Below are positions 8,608 to 12,549 of a DNA stretch of 12,549 nt, one piece after another. Origin of the DNA: Candidatus Hydrogenedentota bacterium (GTDB lineage: Bacteria > Hydrogenedentota > Hydrogenedentia > Hydrogenedentales > GCA-2746185); contig JAYGCN010000105.1 of NCBI GenBank assembly GCA_046583315.1, positions 1-12,549 of the forward strand, written 5' to 3'. Each line of letters begins with the position of its first letter. The first letter of the stretch is position 1. The position numbers and the translations under genes were made by a program. The notes under the pieces are model-generated. The model was not told the origin of the DNA and did not search any database. It saw only the letters and a list, made by a program, of their open reading frames with translations.

Positions 8608-8631
8608 TACTTCACTCATGAGTTAGCTAAA
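8606..8631. promoter_or_regulatory. Putative TetR operator palindrome
   Basis: Perfect 10-bp core ACTCATGAGT (8614-8623) with imperfect flanks TTTAcTTc…tAgcTAAA, lying over the expected transcription start. Confidence 0.6.
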
Positions 8632-8644
8632 TGGAGACGCTGAG

Positions 8645-9289
8645 TTGTCCCTTACCATCACGAAAAAAGCTCGCCGGGGCCGCCCCAAAGATGCTGTCCG
8701 CTTTGAGGCAAAGAAGCGTGAAATCCTGCGTGCGGCCGCACAGTGTTTCGGAAAATACGGCTACGCACAAACGGACGTGAATCTTATCGCGCAAGACATC
8801 GGCATCACCAAAGGCACCATATACCACTATTTCGGCTCCAAAGAAAAACTGTTCTTCGAAACCGTCGATGCCGAAGCACTCCGCATGAAGACTGCCGTAC
8901 TCGAAGCAGCCGATCAACACGAAGATCCCCTCGAAGAAATGATCGCCGTTGTCCGGTCCTACCTCGAATTCGCAGAGGCCAATCCGCATTTCGTCGAACT
9001 GCTCATCGAAGAACGATCAACTTTCAAGGATCGTGATCAGCACACCTACTTTATCCATCGCGACACAACACTGCCGCGCTGGCATCGAAGCATCGAACTG
9101 CTCATTCAACAAGGCCGCGCGCGATCCTGCGATCCGGAAAAGTTCATCGCTGTACTTTCAGACACTCTCTACGGAACCATCTTCGCGAACTACTTTACCC
9201 ATAGCTCAATTTCTGCAGTTGAACAGTCAAATACCATAATCGACATCGTCTTTAACGGAATTTTAATCGAGCCACTATCAACGCACTAA
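8645..9289 (+). CDS. TetR/AcrR-family transcriptional regulator
   Basis: RRGRPK arm and HTH EILRAAAQCFGKYGYAQTDVNLIAQDIGITKGTIYHYFGSKEKLF. TTG start with GGAG at 8633-8636. Its TAA is part of the next gene's RBS (TAAGGAG). Confidence 0.95.
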   Translation: MSLTITKKARRGRPKDAVRFEAKKREILRAAAQCFGKYGYAQTDVNLIAQDIGITKGTIYHYFGSKEKLFFETVDAEALRMKTAVLEAADQHEDPLEEMIAVVRSYLEFAEANPHFVELLIEERSTFKDRDQHTYFIHRDTTLPRWHRSIELLIQQGRARSCDPEKFIAVLSDTLYGTIFANYFTHSSISAVEQSNTIIDIVFNGILIEPLSTH

Positions 9290-9299
9290 GGAGAACATC

Positions 9300-10205
9300 A
9301 TGGCCGTCACCACCAAAACCCGCGAATCCTACGTCACCACCACCCGAGGGCTGAATCGGGATCTTCCCCCGATGAAACTTTGGGAAAAGGCCAAAAAACT
9401 CGGCATCTGGAATCCCGCCGACATCGATTTTTCCCAAGACAAAAAAGATTGGGACGGCCTCAACGACAAACAACAGGAATACATCCTGACCCTGGCGTCA
9501 CAGTTCATCAGCGGCGAAGAAGCAGTCACGCTCGATTTGTTGCCCCTCATCAAAGCCGTCGCAGACGGGGGACACCTCGAAGAAGAAATGTTCCTCACGA
9601 CTTTTCTCTGGGAAGAAGCGAAGCACATCGACTTCTTTGATCGCGCGATCACCTCCTGGGGCGTGAATAAACAAAACCTGCACGAAAATTATCCACCCTC
9701 CTATATGAATTATTTTGGTGAACAATTCACCAGCACCATGGACGCGCTCAACCATAACCCCTCGCCCGAAAACATCGTGCGCGCCTCTGCCATGTACAAC
9801 ATGTCCATCGAAGGTATCCTGGCCGAGACCGGATATTTCATGTGGTACCAGCTCATGGACAGCGAGAACATCCTGCCCGGTGCACGCTCCGGCATTCGTA
9901 ACATTCAGCTCGACGAATCCCGACATATCGCCTACGGCGTGTGGTTGTGTTCGCGTATGGTTGCTGAACATCCCGATCTCTTCGACATCATCCCCGAAGT
10001 GATGGAAGACTGTTTTGCCTACTTCCAAAAATCAATCGGAGAAACCGAAGCCATCATCGGCGAATTGCCCTTCGACTACAGCTACGACGAAGTCATTGCC
10101 TTCGCTCAGTCGCAATACGCAAAACGTCTCGCACGTATCAAAAAAGCTCGAGGTCGTTCGCTTGAAGAACTTTACGACATGGGCGATGAACTCATCGCCG
10201 AATAG
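9300..10205 (+). CDS. R2-like ligand-binding oxidase (R2lox; Mn/Fe or Fe/Fe ferritin-like oxidase)
   Basis: Motifs PMKLWEKAKKLGIWNPADIDFSQD, GEEAVTLDLLP, WEEAKH, YNMSIEGILAETGY, DESRHIAYG. Ligands E73/E106/H109/E171/E206/H209 plus V76, Y166, Y179 sit at a constant +4 offset from Geobacillus kaustophilus R2lox numbering as recalled (E69/E102/H105/E167/E202/H205, V72, Y162, Y175). Confidence 0.93.
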   Translation: MAVTTKTRESYVTTTRGLNRDLPPMKLWEKAKKLGIWNPADIDFSQDKKDWDGLNDKQQEYILTLASQFISGEEAVTLDLLPLIKAVADGGHLEEEMFLTTFLWEEAKHIDFFDRAITSWGVNKQNLHENYPPSYMNYFGEQFTSTMDALNHNPSPENIVRASAMYNMSIEGILAETGYFMWYQLMDSENILPGARSGIRNIQLDESRHIAYGVWLCSRMVAEHPDLFDIIPEVMEDCFAYFQKSIGETEAIIGELPFDYSYDEVIAFAQSQYAKRLARIKKARGRSLEELYDMGDELIAE

Positions 10206-10223
10206 TACGCGCTGGCACTCTCT

Positions 10224-11858
10224 ATGGATTATGACTACGACTATATCGTGATCGGTTCAGGTTTCGGAGGCTCCGTCTCCGCATTACGCCTCTCCGAAAA
10301 AGGGTATACCGTCGCTGTGCTCGAAATGGGTAAACGTTTCAACGCCGAAGATTTTCCCAAAACCACCTGGCAGACCCACAAACACCTCTGGATGCCCAAG
10401 TTCAAACTCCACGGATTCTTCCAGATGACCTGGCTCAAAGACGTTCTCATCTTTCATGGCGCCGGAGTGGGAGGGGGCAGTCTCGTTTACGCGAATACGC
10501 TACTCGTGCCGCCCAGCAAAGCTTTCGAAGACGAGCGCTGGCCCGACGACGATTCGTGGGAACAAAAACTTGCACCCTTCTACGATCTCGCCAAATTCAT
10601 GCTCGGCGCCACGGTCGCGAAAAATATTTACCCTTCCGACGAAGCCCTGCGCGAACTTGTGGATGATGACATGGGCTGTGGCGATACCTTCAAAAAACAC
10701 ACCGTAGGCGTTTACTTCGGCGAGAGTGGAAAAGATGCCGAAGACCCCTACTTTGGCGGAGAAGGCCCCGAGCGCACCGGATGCATCGAATGTGGCGCCT
10801 GCATGATAGGGTGCCGCTACAACGCGAAAAATACCCTCGACAAAAACTACCTGCACCTCGCCGAAAATCGAGGCACTGAAATCATTCCCGAGACACGCGT
10901 CACCGACATCAAACCCCTCGAAGGCGGCGGCTACGAAGTCTTCACGGAGCAATCCACCAAACTCTTCAACAAACCCAAGCGCACACTCCGCGCAAAAGGC
11001 GTCGTCGTCTCCGCAAGCGTTCTCGGCACCGTAAACCTGCTCGCCAGATGCAAAGAAAACGGCAGCCTGCCCGACATCACCGACCGACTCGGCGATTACG
11101 TCCGCACCAACAACGAAGCTATCCTCTCCGTCACCGCCAAAGACAAAACAGTCGACTACGGTCGCGGCATCGCCATCACTTCCGGCGTGCACCCCGACGA
11201 CAACACGCACATCGAAATGGTGCGCTACGGCAGTGGTGCTGACTCCATGATAGGCCTCATGACACTGCTCACCGGAGCCGGAAAACCCTGGCCGCGTTGG
11301 CTGCGACTGCTCGGCAACATCACCAAACATCCTCTCACCTTCCTAAAGACCTTTGCCCCCTTCGGCTGGTCACGCAAAACCAGTATCGTACTTGTCATGC
11401 AGCCCCTCACCAGCCACCTCAGATTGCGCCTCAAAAATAAACTCTGGGGACGTCAACTCGACACCGAACTCACCCCCGGCCAGGACGTGCCTAAATACAT
11501 GCCACTCGCCAACGAAATCACTGAAAAACTCGCTGACAAAATGAACGGCACCCCACACAGCCTCACCCTCGAAGTCATCGGCAACACCTGCTCCACCGCG
11601 CACATCCTCGGCGGCGCCACCATGGGTCGCACACCCGAAGACGGTGTATGCGATCACAAAGGCCGCGTCTTCGGCTACGACAACCTCTACATCGCCGACG
11701 GCTCCATCGTGCCCGCCAACCTCGGCGTAAACCCCTCCCTCACCATCACCGCCCTCTCCGAATACGTCATGTATCACATCCCGGTGAATTCTGACGGCGA
11801 AGAAAAACCAGTGCCGAGGCCGAAACAGCGAAGCCTCTCAACCAACCTCACTAAATGA
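10224..11858 (+). CDS. GMC-family FAD oxidoreductase, cholesterol oxidase ChoD-like
   Basis: YDYIVIGSGFGGSVSALRLSEKGY (FAD), GAGVGGGSLVYANTL, DPYFGGEGPERTGCIECGACMIGCRYNAKNTLDKNYL, TAHILGG, DGSIVPANLGVNPSLTITAL. No signal peptide evident. Confidence 0.92.
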   Translation: MDYDYDYIVIGSGFGGSVSALRLSEKGYTVAVLEMGKRFNAEDFPKTTWQTHKHLWMPKFKLHGFFQMTWLKDVLIFHGAGVGGGSLVYANTLLVPPSKAFEDERWPDDDSWEQKLAPFYDLAKFMLGATVAKNIYPSDEALRELVDDDMGCGDTFKKHTVGVYFGESGKDAEDPYFGGEGPERTGCIECGACMIGCRYNAKNTLDKNYLHLAENRGTEIIPETRVTDIKPLEGGGYEVFTEQSTKLFNKPKRTLRAKGVVVSASVLGTVNLLARCKENGSLPDITDRLGDYVRTNNEAILSVTAKDKTVDYGRGIAITSGVHPDDNTHIEMVRYGSGADSMIGLMTLLTGAGKPWPRWLRLLGNITKHPLTFLKTFAPFGWSRKTSIVLVMQPLTSHLRLRLKNKLWGRQLDTELTPGQDVPKYMPLANEITEKLADKMNGTPHSLTLEVIGNTCSTAHILGGATMGRTPEDGVCDHKGRVFGYDNLYIADGSIVPANLGVNPSLTITALSEYVMYHIPVNSDGEEKPVPRPKQRSLSTNLTK

Positions 11859-11878
11859 GGATACGTAGTATCCTTCGA

Positions 11879-11918
11879 TTTCTCTTTGGTTCTTTCTCTT
11901 TTTCCAAAGAGAAAGAAC
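11879..11918. repeat. Pyrimidine/purine triple-block element (13-bp hairpin plus extra pyrimidine copy); possible bidirectional terminator or intrastrand triplex
   Basis: TTTCTCTTT (11879-11887), GGTTC, TTTCTCTTT (11893-11901), TTCC, AAAGAGAAA (11906-11914). Perfect stem GTTCTTTCTCTTT / AAAGAGAAAGAAC (11889-11918). Lies between convergent genes. Confidence 0.7.
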
Positions 11919-11924
11919 AAGCCC

Positions 11925-12344
11925 TTACTGCTTCTTGCACCGAATCAGAAACGAATCCGTGATCGCCTCACCACGAAAGTGACTAATTTCCTGATAGCCG
12001 GGATCCTGAATCAAACCCAGGAACGCTTTTTCATTCGGCCAATCCACAAAAAATACCAGGTCCGCGTCGAATTCCCCAATCATCGCCTGCGTCGGCACAT
12101 ACGACTCACCCGCGGTCCCGCCATGTTTCACTACAAACGGACTCGCCGCCGCAATATACTCCGCATACTTTTCCGCCCCGCCATCCTCCTTGAACCAAAG
12201 CGCATTCAACATCGAAAATGACTCATCCTTCGCAGCATCCGCCTCCTGAGCGGCAACGGGTCCGCCCTGCATCGGCAACATGCCCCCGAGGAAAATCCCG
12301 ATCACCATCATAGCCAGTACTGTAATCACTCGAAATTTAGACAT
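11925..12344 (-). CDS. Secreted DUF1330-like small alpha/beta protein
   Basis: MLNALWF…YAEYIAAASPFVVKHGG…FDADLVFFVDWPNEKAF…DPGYQEISHFRGEAI resembles DUF1330. N-terminal signal/TM segment ending VAA|QE. AAAGGAG RBS 7 nt before ATG 12344 favours it over TTG 12350. Confidence 0.8.
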   Translation of the reverse strand: MSKFRVITVLAMMVIGIFLGGMLPMQGGPVAAQEADAAKDESFSMLNALWFKEDGGAEKYAEYIAAASPFVVKHGGTAGESYVPTQAMIGEFDADLVFFVDWPNEKAFLGLIQDPGYQEISHFRGEAITDSFLIRCKKQ

Positions 12345-12434
12345 ACTCAAGCTCCTTTTGAGGTCCGCGTGGTAAAATCATTCTGTAATTTTATACTATA
12401 AACATTAGCGAATAAGGTATTTATTCAAAGTATA

Positions 12435-12463
12435 TTGACTTTCAGCGTAGAATAAGCTACATT
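12435..12463 (+). promoter_or_regulatory. sigma70 promoter for the gene starting at 12506
   Basis: TTGACT (12435-12440), 17-nt spacer, TACATT (12458-12463), AT-rich upstream. Confidence 0.7.
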
Positions 12464-12492
12464 ATGTAACTGACTGGTCAGTAATATAATGT
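12459..12492. promoter_or_regulatory. Long operator-like inverted repeat (TetR-type)
   Basis: ACATTATgTaACTGAC-TG-GTCAGTaAtATAATGT: 14 of 16 arm positions pair; overlaps the -10 and transcription start. Confidence 0.75.
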
Positions 12493-12505
12493 TGAGGCTT
12501 CAATA

Positions 12506-12549
12506 ATGTCTGCGGAAGTAACACCCAAAAGGGGTCGCCCGGTAAATAT
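12506..12549 (+). CDS. 5' end of probable second TetR-family regulator (truncated by window)
   Basis: MSAEVTPKRGRPVN…; RGRP arm typical of TetR N-termini; GAGG RBS upstream; preceded by a promoter and palindrome like those of the first tetR. Only 14 codons are visible. Confidence 0.6.
   Translation, partial: MSAEVTPKRGRPVN

Noticed and set aside
9300..10205. Ribonucleotide reductase beta subunit (nrdB/nrdF)
   Set aside because: First ligand is Glu in GEEAV, R2lox-specific motifs and the Val/Tyr crosslink pair are present, and there is no adjacent R1 gene.
11858..11874. Hairpin AGGATAC-GTA-GTATCCT as a stand-alone terminator
   Set aside because: 7-bp stem with a 3-nt loop abutting the stop codon and only a broken T tract; may contribute but is not convincing alone.
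1..12549. CRISPR arrays, tRNA/rRNA genes, riboswitches
   Set aside because: No regularly spaced repeats or recognisable RNA gene signatures; intergenic gaps are short and explained by promoters, operators and terminators.

Overview
Bacterial chromosomal window of moderately high GC. In order: (1) 3' end of rpoC with a strong intrinsic terminator, then dapB. (2) A lower-GC two-gene insert (1848-2821): a small protein with a degenerate HIT-like motif, translationally coupled to a COG4339-like HD phosphohydrolase. Each is broken by one in-frame TAG where Trp (TGG) is expected, so the ORF track splits both. (3) A minus-strand operon of three exported proteins: Tat xylose-isomerase-like TIM barrel, PVC-type dehydrogenase-like/HEAT/CxxCH cytochrome c protein, Tat amidohydrolase. 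(4) A divergent transglutaminase-like gene. (5) A compact, probably autoregulated operon: TetR regulator, R2-like ligand-binding oxidase (R2lox, all metal ligands and the Tyr/Val crosslink pair present) and a ChoD-like GMC oxidoreductase with CxxCxxCxxxC. This is the best candidate for an undescribed system, a putative lipid/sterol-type oxidation pathway. (6) A potential intrastrand-triplex motif in the convergent gap, a secreted DUF1330-like gene, and the start of a probable second TetR gene with a 34-bp operator-like palindrome. Family calls come from motif recognition by eye; no database searches were run.
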